Of a stretch of DNA of 64,000 nt, positions 27,168 to 39,174 are shown one piece after another. The stretch spans positions 131,192,001-131,256,000 of the forward strand of contig OZ024745.1 of the NCBI GenBank assembly GCA_964016885.1. The letters run 5' to 3'. The DNA comes from Eledone cirrhosa. Its lineage: Eukaryota. Made by a program: the position numbers and the translations under genes. The notes below the pieces were generated by a model. That model searched no databases, had not been told where the DNA came from, and saw nothing but the letters and a program-made list of their open reading frames with translations. The stretch's first letter is position 1; every line of letters starts with the position of its first letter.

Positions 27168-27294
27168 TTATGTTGCCAATGGGTTGGCATGAATAGTGAC
27201 ATTAATTATTTTTATATCATTTAAAGGGCGATAATTCTTTTCATTAACAGGAGCTTTCTCAATTTCATCCAATGTTTCAAAACCATCAATAACT
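27168..27294 (-). CDS. PPIL3: PPIL3 last coding exon
   Basis: ttccag|[44 protein letters not shown]. Confidence 0.93.
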
Positions 27295-30200
27295 CTGGAA
27301 AAAATATAAAACAAAAAAAAAAATTGTTAACCCTTTTGATACCAACCTAGCGAAACGTGGCCTCGGTTTTACGAAAGAAAACCACTCATTTCAAACAATT
27401 CCTCAATAAATTTATATCTTCCAACAAGAACAATATTTTAAGTTATAATATTAGGAACAAGTAAATTCTTCAAAATTCTGCATTAATTAATTGAAAGAGA
27501 GTATATTTCATTATACAGTAATGAAAGGGTTAACTCATTTTTGGCAATTGTCATAAGGTAGAGGTCAGCTTCATAACCATTTCACTTAATGTATAAATGA
27601 AGACGTTTTCCTTTACATAGTAAAATATCTTGGGAGAGGCAAGTTTATATTTTAAATATGAAATCCCAGCCAGCATACTCCTGAACCCACTCTCCGCCCT
27701 AAACCTGAAGAAGTAGAGAGATGTAACAACTCTCAGGTCCTCACCTGCCAATATACTCCCGACTTCTTTGCCCAAACCATACTAGCATGAAAATCTAGGA
27801 GGAACTAAGACTGATTCACCTTTCCTTGCTAAACCCTTGCACTCCCAAATGATGGATGTCACCCAACCACAGTATATAAATGCTCCCATTTTAGGCCACC
27901 AAAGGAAACCAAGAAACCCTGTGAGACAGTAATTCTGGTGTCACTACAAAAACACCCAGTCCACTTTGTAAAGGTGGTAGTGCTGGTGTCATGACAAGAA
28001 GCACCAACCCTGTAAGGTGGTAGTGTTGGAATCACAATAAAATGCTCCCAGTACAGTCAGTAAAGTAGTTGGTGTTAGGAAGGGCATCCAGTCATAGAAA
28101 CCATGCTCCTAGTGCATGCTGTAAAGTAGTTGGTGTTAGGAAGGGCATCTAGCCATAGAAATCAAGCCAAAACAAAGTGTATGAGCAGGATCTAGTGATG
28201 ACAGCCGTCTAACCCATGCAAATATGGAAAATATATGTTAAATGGCGATGATGATGTTTGTTAGTATTCTTTTTGAAGAAAACATTATTTAAAATTTCTG
28301 TCAGAACCTTTCAGAGTATCAAGGACTCTGTATGATGTATTATCTATCTCTTCTTCTCATGGAAGAATTTTTGCTATTTTTCAAAGTTTTACCTCTCTCA
28401 ATTGTTACATACTAGTCATACTAGGAATGGCTTATAACAATTCAGATATGAACAATTGTAGAAGGAATTATTTTACAACTGGATGGTCTTTCTATAACAA
28501 ATCACATAACTGGCTGATTGAAGTAGGTAGAACTAAGTAGCTAGAAACCCAGTTTAATGGCAGAATGACTCCTTAACCCCACAGACATTGTTTCATGTCA
28601 CAACTCCTATTTCACATCTATGTCGATGTTTGTGACTATTGATTATTTATAATTCAAATGTGTGAAATGAGAAGATAGATTTTCCTTTTTAGATCCTGTA
28701 ACTCCTGGAGAAGTTGTAGGGGTGCCACATTGACATACAACATTTCTTGGACACTTTAAGCCTGGTGAAGCCCATCCTCCCCAGAGAAGGATAGAAAGTG
28801 AGAGAGGAAGCGAGAAAGGAATATAGAAGAAGAATCGACCCCAGTACTAAACTGGTACTTTCTTTTACTGACCTCGAAAGAATGAAAGGCAAAGTTGACC
28901 GTGGCAAGATTTGAACTCAGAGAGCAGAGAGCTGGAACAAATACTGCAAAGCATTCTATCCGATGTTCTAATGACTCTGCTAATTCACCACCTATGAGAA
29001 CATAAATAGCTGAATCAATAAGGTTTTAGACACTCAACCAAAAGGTCAGTACTCCGTATTCTATCACTACCACTGGCTTGTGTTTATGATAAAACCTCTT
29101 AAAAGCTAGCTCACCTAGATTTAAGAATGCTGCTACAAAACTCATGTGTTTTTCTTTAGCTGGCAATGCTAAGTTCAAGAGTTTAGTGAGCTTAGAGAAG
29201 GCAATAGAAAACAATTGTCTCTTTTAAATCTCTAAATGAAGTCGATCTGAAGTGAATTCCTAAAAGAGTAACAGAACTATTATTAAAGCTTAGAATAAAC
29301 TTCAGAAAATCAACCTTGTTTCATTAAATTATTACTTTCACAAACTTCACACATCCACTGGACTAATACTCAATGTTATAAATGTTTACCAAACAAGAGC
29401 AAAATCTCCCCCATAGATAAGACACCAGTCTATAAAGTAACTTTCTCACTCCTAAACTTTGTGGGCTTGTGCTCAAGTTAAAAATTGATATTATTGTTAA
29501 TAAGGCAACAAATTTGCAGTCATTAGCTCATTAGACAGAGAATATTGAAGTTGATAAGTACAGCCATTATATTGGAACTATTATAGGGGAGTGTACTGTG
29601 GAACATCGGACTAAATGTCTTGGAATATTTAGTTGCATCTCTCTAGGTTCTGAGTTCAAACCTACCAAAGTTGACTTGACTTTCCATTCTGGCTCTCTGT
29701 GTTCAAATCCTGTGGAGGTCAGCTTTCACTTTCATCCTTTCATGGTCAATAAAGGATGAAATACAAAACTGACCTTACCAATCAAAAGCAGTGGATTGGC
29801 AGAATTGTTACTGCTGTAACAGATGAGATTCTTTGCAGTATCTGTTCTAGTTCTTTATGTTCTGAGTTCAAAGGGATTGGAGTATCCTGCCAAACCTGAA
29901 CTTGGGTAGCATGAAAAGATAGGCCTAACATCAGTACCCAGCTATAGGAGCATGCTGCTGAGGTAGAATTATCAGTGTTTGAATAAATAAAATTAAAAAA
30001 AAAGAGTAATTTTTACCTTCCAAAAACTGTATATTTCATGTTCAAATGTGGCTGCTTAGAATAAATGATAAACCACTGAGAACAATTAGTATCTGGACCA
30101 TTGCTAGCCATTGACACAGTACCTCGGGTATTGTGCTAAAGAAGGAAAGAAACATATTGCATCAATATTTTCTTTTTATTTACAAAATGTATCAAATCTA

Positions 30201-33200
30201 TTAGTAAAAAAGACATATATTGACCAAAAAGATGGTCCCACAGCATGGTCGCAGTCTACTAACTGTATAATATGATGAAAAACAGTGACAAGTTGAGATA
30301 CTGTGCCAGGAAAGACCTGTCCAACATCTATCAACAGGGAAAATCTGGACATAAATTGATGTAATGCTAAGAAAATTGTAGCAAAATTTAACTGTTTCAA
30401 AATTTAACTATGTTTCACTCATACATAGAGAAAAATATATATTATTGTGAGATTGCTTCATTGATAAGTGCTGCCATTATATTGGAACTATTGCAAGAGA
30501 CTGTATGGTGGAGCATCTGACTGTCTTAGAATATCTAGTTGTATCTTTCTAGGTTCTGAGTTTAAACCTACCAGCATTGATTTGACTTTACATCCTTCAA
30601 AGGTTGATGGAATTAGTACCAAGAAATGGGTTTGGTATTGATATAATCAGCTATACCTTTCTCCAAAATGTGTGGCCTTGAGCCAATATAAGAAAAATGT
30701 CATGTGAAATCATGAATTTAAATATTATTAATGTCTTTGTTGGATTTCCATCAACATTTTGGTTTTAAAAACAGCACAAAATTTCACAGCTCATAGTAAA
30801 TCAGCTATGAAATATTTTAAGAAATAATGGTGCAAGCTGTCTTAAAGAACAGATTCAGAAGATTGCAGAGCTGCACTGATGCCATTACCCCTTCTAATGG
30901 ATCAGATATCAATTCAGATATTAGTTCCTCTGCAATAACAGATATCAAGAGTTTATTTTCATGTATGACCTAACACAAATATGCATACATGCTCCCATAA
31001 TTCCTGAAGGAGTCATAGGGATGCCATATTGACATACAACATTTCTAGGACTTTTTAATATTGGCAGAGCCCATCCCTCTCCAGGTCTGAGTACAGCAGA
31101 TTTCTTCCAAAGAAGGATAGAGAGAATGAAAGAAGTGAGAAAGAGATATCCACCCAGTACTAGACTGGTACTTTTTTATCAACCTTGAAAGGATGAAAGG
31201 CAAAGTTGACCTCAGGGAGATTTAACCTAGAGAGAAGAGAACCGGAACGAATACCATAAAGCATTCTATGCAACGTTCTAACAACTCTGCCAGATCACTG
31301 CCTTCTAACACAAATATAGTATATTGTAATATTTCAATAAATAAGTATCAATATTACTTATTTTCCTGAAGTTAAATTGTTTACTTGCTAATTAATATTA
31401 ATTAACTCTTGTTAATGTTGAGGGCAGTGGATTGGCAGTATCGGTAGAGGGTCGGACGCCATGCTTTGCAGCAAAGAGTTACGGCCCTTTATGGTCTGAG
31501 TTCAAATCCCGCCGAGGTTAACTTTGCCGTTCATCCTTACAGGTCGATAAAATAAAGTACCAGTAATACACTGGGTAATTGCTGGCCTTGTGCCAAAAGT
31601 AGAAACAATTAATTAACTCTTGTTAAATTTTGAGACAAATCCACATATCCCTAAATATTTCTGCTATTTCCAGCCTATAGATGATGTTCAAAGTAATAAT
31701 AATTGCAGACTGTAATTAGGAAAGGTATCCAGCTGTAGAAACCAAGCCAGATCCGTATGAGAATGATGTGGTCACTAGACCTGACTTGTCTCATAATGTG
31801 ACAACCCGTCTAACCCATGCAAGTGTGGAAAAATAAACATTAACCCTTTAGCATTTAAACCAGCCATATCCGGCCAGAATTCTCTCACCTCTTTCTGTTC
31901 AAACCAGCCGAAACTGGCCACTTATACTTATGTTTAGGTATTGTTCTCAAAATAAATTATATCAAAATCTCATAGATTCAATACTATGTGAGATAATTAT
32001 GTAAGATAAAGCCTTTTCTGTGAAAATACAATAGTAACTATAGAGTAATGTAAATGTTAATGGGTTAAATGATGATGATAATAATGATATTTATGAATAT
32101 ATTTCCATGAAATATCAGACAACAAACCTTTAAACTGTCCCGGAATTCATCTTCAAATTTTCCACCCCATATACTAGATCCTCCTTTACCTGTACCTAAT
32201 TAATCAAATATAAAGGTGTCAATTTATTAGTTTAAAACATCATCAATGACCAACAATAGCATCCACTGTAGAAATGGGAAGTATAATGGAGATTGGGCCA
32301 ATCACAATCACATTAATCACAAAAAAACATGCAAGATGATGTGAAAAGCAGTGAAAAAAACTATTCAATGAACTCAATACTAACCCGTTGGGTCACCAGT
32401 TTGGACCATGAAATCTTTGATGTTCCGATGAAATAGGCAGCCATTGTAGTAGTCTTGAGCACATAGAGCTAAAAAATTCTGGAAAACAAATATATTTGAA
32501 CTAGTAGGTTGAAGATGAATAGAATAAAATCAATTGAAATATTAATTTACAAAGTTGATTGGTAGATATACTACGTGATAATCAAAGACATTGTTTTGTT
32601 ACAGTCAATCACAGTAGTGCCATTCCTTTCCAAGTTATACCTACAAAATATCAATTTAGCACTGATTGGTAGATAGACTAAGTGGTGGTGAAAATAGCGT
32701 TCAATTACTGGGGAAATCAAGAAGACACTGTTTTGTTAGTCAGTATATCTAAGGCATATCATCGTGGGGGTGCCATTCCTTTCCAAGTTATACTCATGAT
32801 AGGATATACATATTGTACTGATTAAATGCTGTTCTAACTAAATACAGTATAAACAGACATTTGTACTTTTAATGTAATCTTTACACAGAAGGGACTCACA
32901 GTCGTGAGTTTGTGAGTTTGATTCTTGAACTGGTCAGTGCAATGTGTCCTTGAGTAAGACAGCTTATTTCATGTTGCTCCAGTTAGACCTAAGTGGAAAT
33001 GGATTATGGCATCACTGGTGCCAAGCTGTATTGGTCATTGCCTTTGACAACATCAGTGGTTAGGTACAAACCCAAGGAGGCCTACAATTACACAGAACAC
33101 ATACAATTCATCTGACAAACCTCAATGGTGTTTTCATATACCCAATTTCACATATAAGGTTTGAATCAACCTGAAGCTCTGATAGAAAACACTTGCCCAA

Positions 33201-35280
33201 GACAGATTGAGGTCAAACTCATGATTGTGTAGCAAACTTCTTTTATATTCACCTATGACTACACATGTGGTAAAGGAACATATAGTCATCTACACATGTG
33301 GTAAAGCAACATATACATTCACCTATGACTACACATGTGGTAAAGGAACATATACATTCACCTACACATGTGGTAGAGGAACATACATACCCATGCTAGT
33401 GTGGAAGATAGACGTTAAACGATGATGATGATGATTCACCTATGATTACATATGTAATCATAGTGCCATCAAGTCATAAGATGATGATAATTTCTTGTCT
33501 ATGATTACTTCCTACCATTTAATGAAATACAATAAGCTGGTATCAACATCATCACCGTTTAACTTCTTATTTTCCATGCTTGCATGGGTCAGACAAGTTG
33601 TCCACATTATGAAGCAAGTTTGACCATTTGGCCATACCATACCTTGCTCAAATAAAACTGCATTTTGGCTGTGATTTTTTTTACAGCTGGATGACCTTCC
33701 TAACACCAACCACATTTACAGTGTGGAATTGGATGGTCCTGTTATGAGGAGGGTCTGACCATTTGGCCGTGCTGTACCTTGCTCAAATGGAACTGTATTT
33801 TGGCTGTTTTTTTTACAGCTGGATGCCCTTCCTAACACCAACAACGTTTTTAGAAATATGTAGAATAAATATACAACTAAATATGAAAATTATTTTTACC
33901 TCACAGGCTTTAGGAACTTGTTCACAAAACAGTTCAATCTTAATTGGACCTATATCTGTATGAACTGTAACAGACTGGAAAATAATAGATTAATTGAATT
34001 ATTACAAAGAATTTCAGAAGTTCTGCTTAAAAAAACCATCAGTACAGCTTATTAAATGGAACATTCTTATATTCTGATATTAATTTTTCCAACGATTCTT
34101 CATTAATTTAATTAAAATTTTATTTCTCTATCATTCATGCGTGTAAAATATTTCCTTGTACATTTTAAAAGATATTTAAATATAAGCAAATAAACGACAC
34201 CGATTCTACGTGTATGAAGTTTTACATATATATCGTTTGTGAATTTTTCATAAAATTAGGTTAAGATTAAGGCATGACTAGACTTTAGTGTAAAGGGACA
34301 TGATGATCACAGCTAGAAAGCTGTAATTGCATTGAAATATCTTTGCCCAAGGGCATGAATGTGCAAATACCAAAATAATTGGGTTGCGACATGTTGTGAC
34401 CAGTTCTCTGCCTCCAAAATCGTTACTTCGGCCACACACCCCGCAATGCAGGAGAAAAGAAGATAAACAAACACTGAGGCTTGTTCGACAGCTTCCCTTT
34501 CGTACCGGCACCGTCGAGACCTCTGATGCACTTTGGGCCCGCACTACCGATTTCCTCCGCAAAATCAGAAAGACAGCAGCCCGTCCGTATTAATTAAAGC
34601 AACTAGTCCAATGTATTACTTGATTCTACACGCTGTTTATATTGATTTCACAGAATTAGGGGTTAAGGGCAAATTAAATTATTTGACATCCATACCTTTC
34701 AGTAATGCAATATTGATTTTATACAATAAATCTATACAATTAAACCTGTCTAGTGGCGCACCCTCCCCCAGTGAACTGAAAAATGAATAATTTCCGACAG
34801 TTTTTGAAGGCCATATTTGTACAAAACACACAAAAAAACCCCAGCAACAGTAAAAACATAAATTTTACTTCCAACGGGAGACAGGTGAAATTGTAAAAAT
34901 TACATTGAATATATGACAAGCACTGCCTTAAATACGTATCAGCCCTTACTGTTTCTTAAGCTCCCATCGAACCGAATTAAAGGTCAGGTTTCAAATCCTG
35001 ATTGTAACAATTTCACATTAATTACTTCGTTATACTACTCTTGAGAAAAGCATGAACGTCACATAATCCTCAAAACTATAAATATTATACATATGTAAGA
35101 ATTCAAAGTATAACATTTTGTAATAAAAGAATTACTAAACTAAAAATCTCATTTATTAACAAACATATATAACAATGGGTTTTTCTTCTAAGTAAAGAAA
35201 ATGATTCATCGAAGAATTCAAGGGCTCTGCCGAAAGTTTAATTACATATAAATTAGGGGTACACTAATTATACTTACCAT
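27168..35280 (-). CDS. PPIL3: Peptidyl-prolyl cis-trans isomerase-like 3 (cyclophilin), complete, 161 aa
   Basis: Exons 35278-35280, 33900-33974, 32385-32478, 32128-32195, 30017-30135, 27168-27294 total 486 nt: [161 protein letters not shown]. Confidence 0.95.
30017..30135 (-). CDS. PPIL3: PPIL3 coding exon 5
   Basis: ctttag|[39 protein letters not shown](R)|gtaaaa. Confidence 0.93.
31422..31610 (+). mobile_element. Young tRNA-derived SINE with target-site duplication
   Basis: A-box-like tggcagtatcgg, B box gagttcaaatcc; aattaactcttgttaa on both sides. Near-identical copies at 38078-38272, 53449-53640, 56088-56280 and 40055-40180 (-). Confidence 0.85.
31839..32068. mobile_element. MITE family B, complete unexpanded copy
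   Basis: ttaaccctttagcatttaaac ... gtaaatgttaatgggttaa terminal inverted repeats with TTAA ends. Confidence 0.75.
32128..32195 (-). CDS. PPIL3: PPIL3 coding exon 4
   Basis: aattag|(G)[22 protein letters not shown]|gtttgt. Confidence 0.92.
32385..32478 (-). CDS. PPIL3: PPIL3 coding exon 3
   Basis: ttccag|[31 protein letters not shown]|gttagt. Confidence 0.93.
33900..33974 (-). CDS. PPIL3: PPIL3 coding exon 2
   Basis: ttccag|[25 protein letters not shown]|gtaaaa. Confidence 0.93.
34330..34590 (+). mobile_element. Degenerate CRE-clade retrotransposon fragment in PPIL3 intron 1
   Basis: [23 protein letters not shown]; homologous to 37300-37620. Confidence 0.65.
35278..35280 (-). CDS. PPIL3: PPIL3 first coding exon (ATG only)
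   Basis: Minus strand ggaacATG|gtaagta; the next exon starts in phase 0 with SVTVHTD. Confidence 0.75.
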
Positions 35281-36104
35281 GTTCCTAAAGCGTGGTTTTA
35301 AGTTCTAATATTTTTGTTTGTTTCAAATAATTAAAGGGAGATAAATCTTGATATGTAACATCGATTAGTTGTGTCTGACCGAACGTTAAAACTTTTCTAC
35401 ACGGCAATCATAACTTCGGCCATTTTGTGAAATGTTTGTAAGAAGAATTAGTAGTCCAGTTAGTGCGAGAACATTAAATATTTCACTGGAAATAGTTGTG
35501 CGGTGGGGGATTAGGAACAATATTAATGAATGACATTTCTTTATTCGCTAAATATAGGAAAGAAAAAAATACGATTTAAAAACAAAAAAAAACGCGAAAT
35601 CTTTTTAGCATGGTACTATTAAATTAGACATGGCCAGGGCAATACTGACCGAAACCTATCAAAGTTATATAGTTTTATATTATTTTATACAACTAGGTTT
35701 TTGCTAAACTGGTTACTTATTAAAACAAAAGTACCTACTTTTCCAATGGATATTAATTTGTAATTTTGGCACAAGGCCAGTAAATTTTGAGGAAGGGCAA
35801 AGTTGATTAAATCAACTCCAATATGTGGCTGGAACTTTATTTTATCGACCCTGAAAGAATAAGAGACAAAGTTGACCACAACCTTATTTGAACTCAGAAT
35901 GTAAAGAGCCAGAACAAATACCGCATTGTCAGCTAATGCTCTACCAATTCTGCCAATCCATCATTACCCTCGCCTTCCCAATGAATATTAACAACGTAAG
36001 TTGAATTAGATAGTTTATATACGGCACTAAGGACCTTTAACCTTTTAGGCTGGTATTTATCATTTATCCAGTTGGCTTCCAGTTTTCTTAATTCAACCTG
36101 AGTG

Positions 36105-36375
36105 TTACGCCTCCGGCTACTGCGGGGCCCGGCCCCTCTTCCTCTTACCTTGCGGGTTCCAGGTCAGTTCTTGACGTGTGGTGCTGGATACTGGTTTCCT
36201 GAGGCTATGTCCAATCCAGCTCCACTTCCTCTGCAGAACCTACTTTGCCACTATTTCTTGACCCGCTCCCTCACACAGATCTTCGTTTCTGATCTTCTAT
36301 GGCTATTTGATGTTGTAGATGTTCCTCAGACAGGCGTTGAAGGATGTCTGGATCTTCTGCTGCATCTTCTTTGTT
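36105..36375 (-). mobile_element. RTE-type LINE fragment
   Basis: Minus strand reads ..[34 protein letters not shown].. Confidence 0.7.
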
Positions 36376-36989
36376 GTCCTCCAAGTTTCATGGGTTGTAT
36401 GTTGTGTTCTTGAGCAAAACACTTCATTTCATGTTGCTCCAGTATACTCAACTGAAAATGAGTTTAACCCTGCGATAGTCTGGCGTTCTGTCCAGGGGGG
36501 AGTATTCTAATGTCAGTTGCTTAACCCCTGTGGGCTTGAGACAGATTTTAGACTTTTAGACAGCAGTACCGGCTTCATGTTAAAGATCAAGCTAAACATC
36601 ATCCATGTTTCTGCTCCCACCAATGATGCGGAAGAAAGAAAGAAAACATTTAACATCGTTTAAATTCTACTGTGTTTATGGGACAGTTATATACGAATCC
36701 ATTACATCAGCGATTCTTAAATTGTTTTAGTTCACTGAGCCTTTCCATTATTTTCGGTTTTCCTTATGCTGGCCCGTCACCAAGGCAGGGCGCTGGATAA
36801 CACTGCTACCCCGCCCTACTTTTCAACGATACACACTCAAATTTAGAAAATAGAATTTATAAAAAAGAAAATAACAAAGAACTGTCATACGTTCGTTGCG
36901 ATAGAGTTCCCATGGAGGATATTTTGAGCCCCCCCCCCTATATGTATACCAAACCATGGCAACATGCTTGCCCTAACCCTATAGCATTA

Positions 36990-37630
36990 CCTAGAAGATT
37001 TGTCCCGAATTGCAGAGAGTCTGTGTCTCATGGACGCTCACCCGGCGCTCTTCCTCTTGAGGAACTGCATCGCCCTCCCTAAATTCATTATCACACTGCG
37101 CCGTGCACCTCAATCTTCCCCAGTCGCGCTCTCATCAACGATGTTCTCAGCCAGACGACCGAACCTAACTTGAACAGAGCTTGAACAGGTTCTGGCCGAC
37201 TGGATAGGTGAAGGTCTCTGTCCCACAGTATACAACTGTCCAACGTAACTGGGATGACATCAAATGCAGGTCAGACGGATCGAGTCTGGCTTGGACCAAC
37301 ACCGCCCTTTTGCAGGAGGTAGATCCCTTATCTGGGACGCTACGTGTTGCCACATGTTCTCCACCTCCAACTTTATCGCTTCGGCCACAATTCCCAGTAC
37401 TGCAGCCCGTCATGCAGAGGAAAGGAAGATAAACAAATACGGGGATTGTCCGACCGCTTCCTCTTCGCACCGGTCACCGTCGAGACATCAGGCGTACTTG
37501 GATCCCGTACTGTCGACCTCCTCCGCGAGATCGGAACGTCGGCAACCCGTCCGAGGAAGGTGGGGTGGCTGTTGCAGCGGGTGTCGCTGGCTATTGTCCG
37601 CGGCCCCATTACCACTGCGCCCTAGGCCCA
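36990..37630 (+). mobile_element. CRE-clade non-LTR retrotransposon remnant (RT C-terminus plus restriction-like endonuclease, frameshifted)
   Basis: MDAHPALFLLRNCIALPKFIITLRRAP; GRSLIWDATCCH...AARHAEERKINKYG; LSDRFLFAPVTVETSGVLG...LLQRVSLAIVRG. Confidence 0.75.
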
Positions 37631-37799
37631 GAGTCCAATCACCCTCTTCCCTCCTCCCCATTCTTCTGCGACATCAGAGTCCTTGCCACCCCCCCCCCTT
37701 TTTATATTTTCTAATTTTTACATTCTATTCTTTCATAATCTAAGTTTTCTTTTGCTATTAAACTGTATTAACATGATATATTCCATGACTTTCGGAAAC

Positions 37800-38075
37800 A
37801 TTTTTTCACGCTTAGAGTTGCTGAAGCATGGAACAAACTGCCTGCATCAGTTGTTAGCTGCTGAGACACTGCATCCTTTAAAACCCTCATGCTTCCCGAA
37901 ATTCGCCAAAACTACACCTGATGTCTCCTTTCCATACACATGCACACATGTATATATCATGACTCATGCACTGTTCATTTTCCTGACGTTTGTACCTTAC
38001 CCTATGTACTATACATACACTTTTGATGAGTTGTAGTGCACCTGAGCACTGTACACAATATTTTCATTATTATTA
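37800..38075 (+). mobile_element. CR1/L2-like LINE 3' end with (ATT)n tail
   Basis: [19 protein letters not shown]-terminal motif; second copy at 56696-57208. Confidence 0.7.
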
Positions 38076-38375
38076 TTGGCGGTGGATTGGCAGTATCGGT
38101 AGAGGGTCGGACGCCATGCTTTGACGCATAGAGTTACGGCCCTTGCCATTCTGAGTTCAAATCCCGTCGAAGTTAACTTTGCCTTTCATCCTTATGGGGT
38201 TGATAAAATAAAGTACCAGTAATGTACTAAGATAATTTCTGGCCTTGTGCAAAAAGTAGAAACAACTATTATTACATATAAATAAATAATTTCATATTTG
38301 TCAACAATAAAGTTGTTAGACGTAACTAAGCTAGATGATACGAAACAGCAGCTTTCAATAATATTTTATATCAGC

Positions 38376-38390
38376 GGCGCCCAATTTAAA
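38376..38390 (+). promoter_or_regulatory. CDE/CHR-like cell-cycle promoter element upstream of CIP2A
   Basis: GGCGC-CCAA-TTTAAA with a 4-nt spacer. A donor (ttc|gtaagt, 38415) follows and an acceptor (acttag, 39056) precedes the ATG, suggesting a short non-coding first exon. Confidence 0.5.
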
Positions 38391-39072
38391 CGGGAAGTTT
38401 ATTTCTTCTTCTTCGTAAGTTTCCAGTTTGTGTTTAATATTTCTGTTGTTATTTAATATTAATAAGGAATTAATAGCTTTAACAAATAACTTTGCTGCTT
38501 TCTTTCAATCGTTAAAACTGAAATTATTTGATTATTTAAAATTTTGTTTCTGCTTAAATTTTGTTAAATAACTTCTTTACGAGGTCCTCACTAATTTGTC
38601 AAACTAATGGAATGAGGTTATTTCCTGCCTTTTTAAAATGAGTTATTTGTGTATTTACAATTGTTTTAATCGGCATACCTTAGTAGTTTGATTTGATTAC
38701 ACTTATGTTTTCTAGCAATATAAATACAAAAATGTGAGAGTTGCACTTGTTTGACCAAACGAGTTGATCGCGTATTGAAACAAACATCTGTAGCCTGTTT
38801 GAATCATGATAGTAATTGAAAACATATAGAGGGAGCTTCTATGTAGTGTACCTCGAGTTGTTGCTGAAATAGCAGCCAAATCTACCTCATATCACACTCT
38901 ACTCTCTTATTAAAGGAAATATTAGATAATCTTTCTTGTCTTGGATATACTGATTGGAAGTAAAACATTATAGAGTAATTTTTTTATAGTTAATATACTT
39001 GGTTGAATTGACAAGTTCAAGAAAATATAATTTACAACTTTAATTTTTTTACTTAGCCCCTGTTCTGCAACC

Positions 39073-39174
39073 ATGGAAACATCTGCTTGTATAAAATCTG
39101 TCGTGTTCGCCACCACCCAATACTATAACAATAAGACTGACTCGACCCTTGTACATTTGCAACGCCAGTTAGAT
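39073..39174 (+). CDS. CIP2A: CIP2A coding exon 1
   Basis: Kozak aaccATGG; [34 protein letters not shown]|gtaagt. Confidence 0.9.

Noticed and set aside
31422-31520. tRNA gene
   Set aside because: A and B boxes belong to a multi-copy SINE with body, tail and TSD; no complete cloverleaf.
27168-35280. Cyclophilin as PPIL6, because human ARMC2 lies near PPIL6
   Set aside because: Length (161 aa), MSVT.HTD start and HANP end fit PPIL3.
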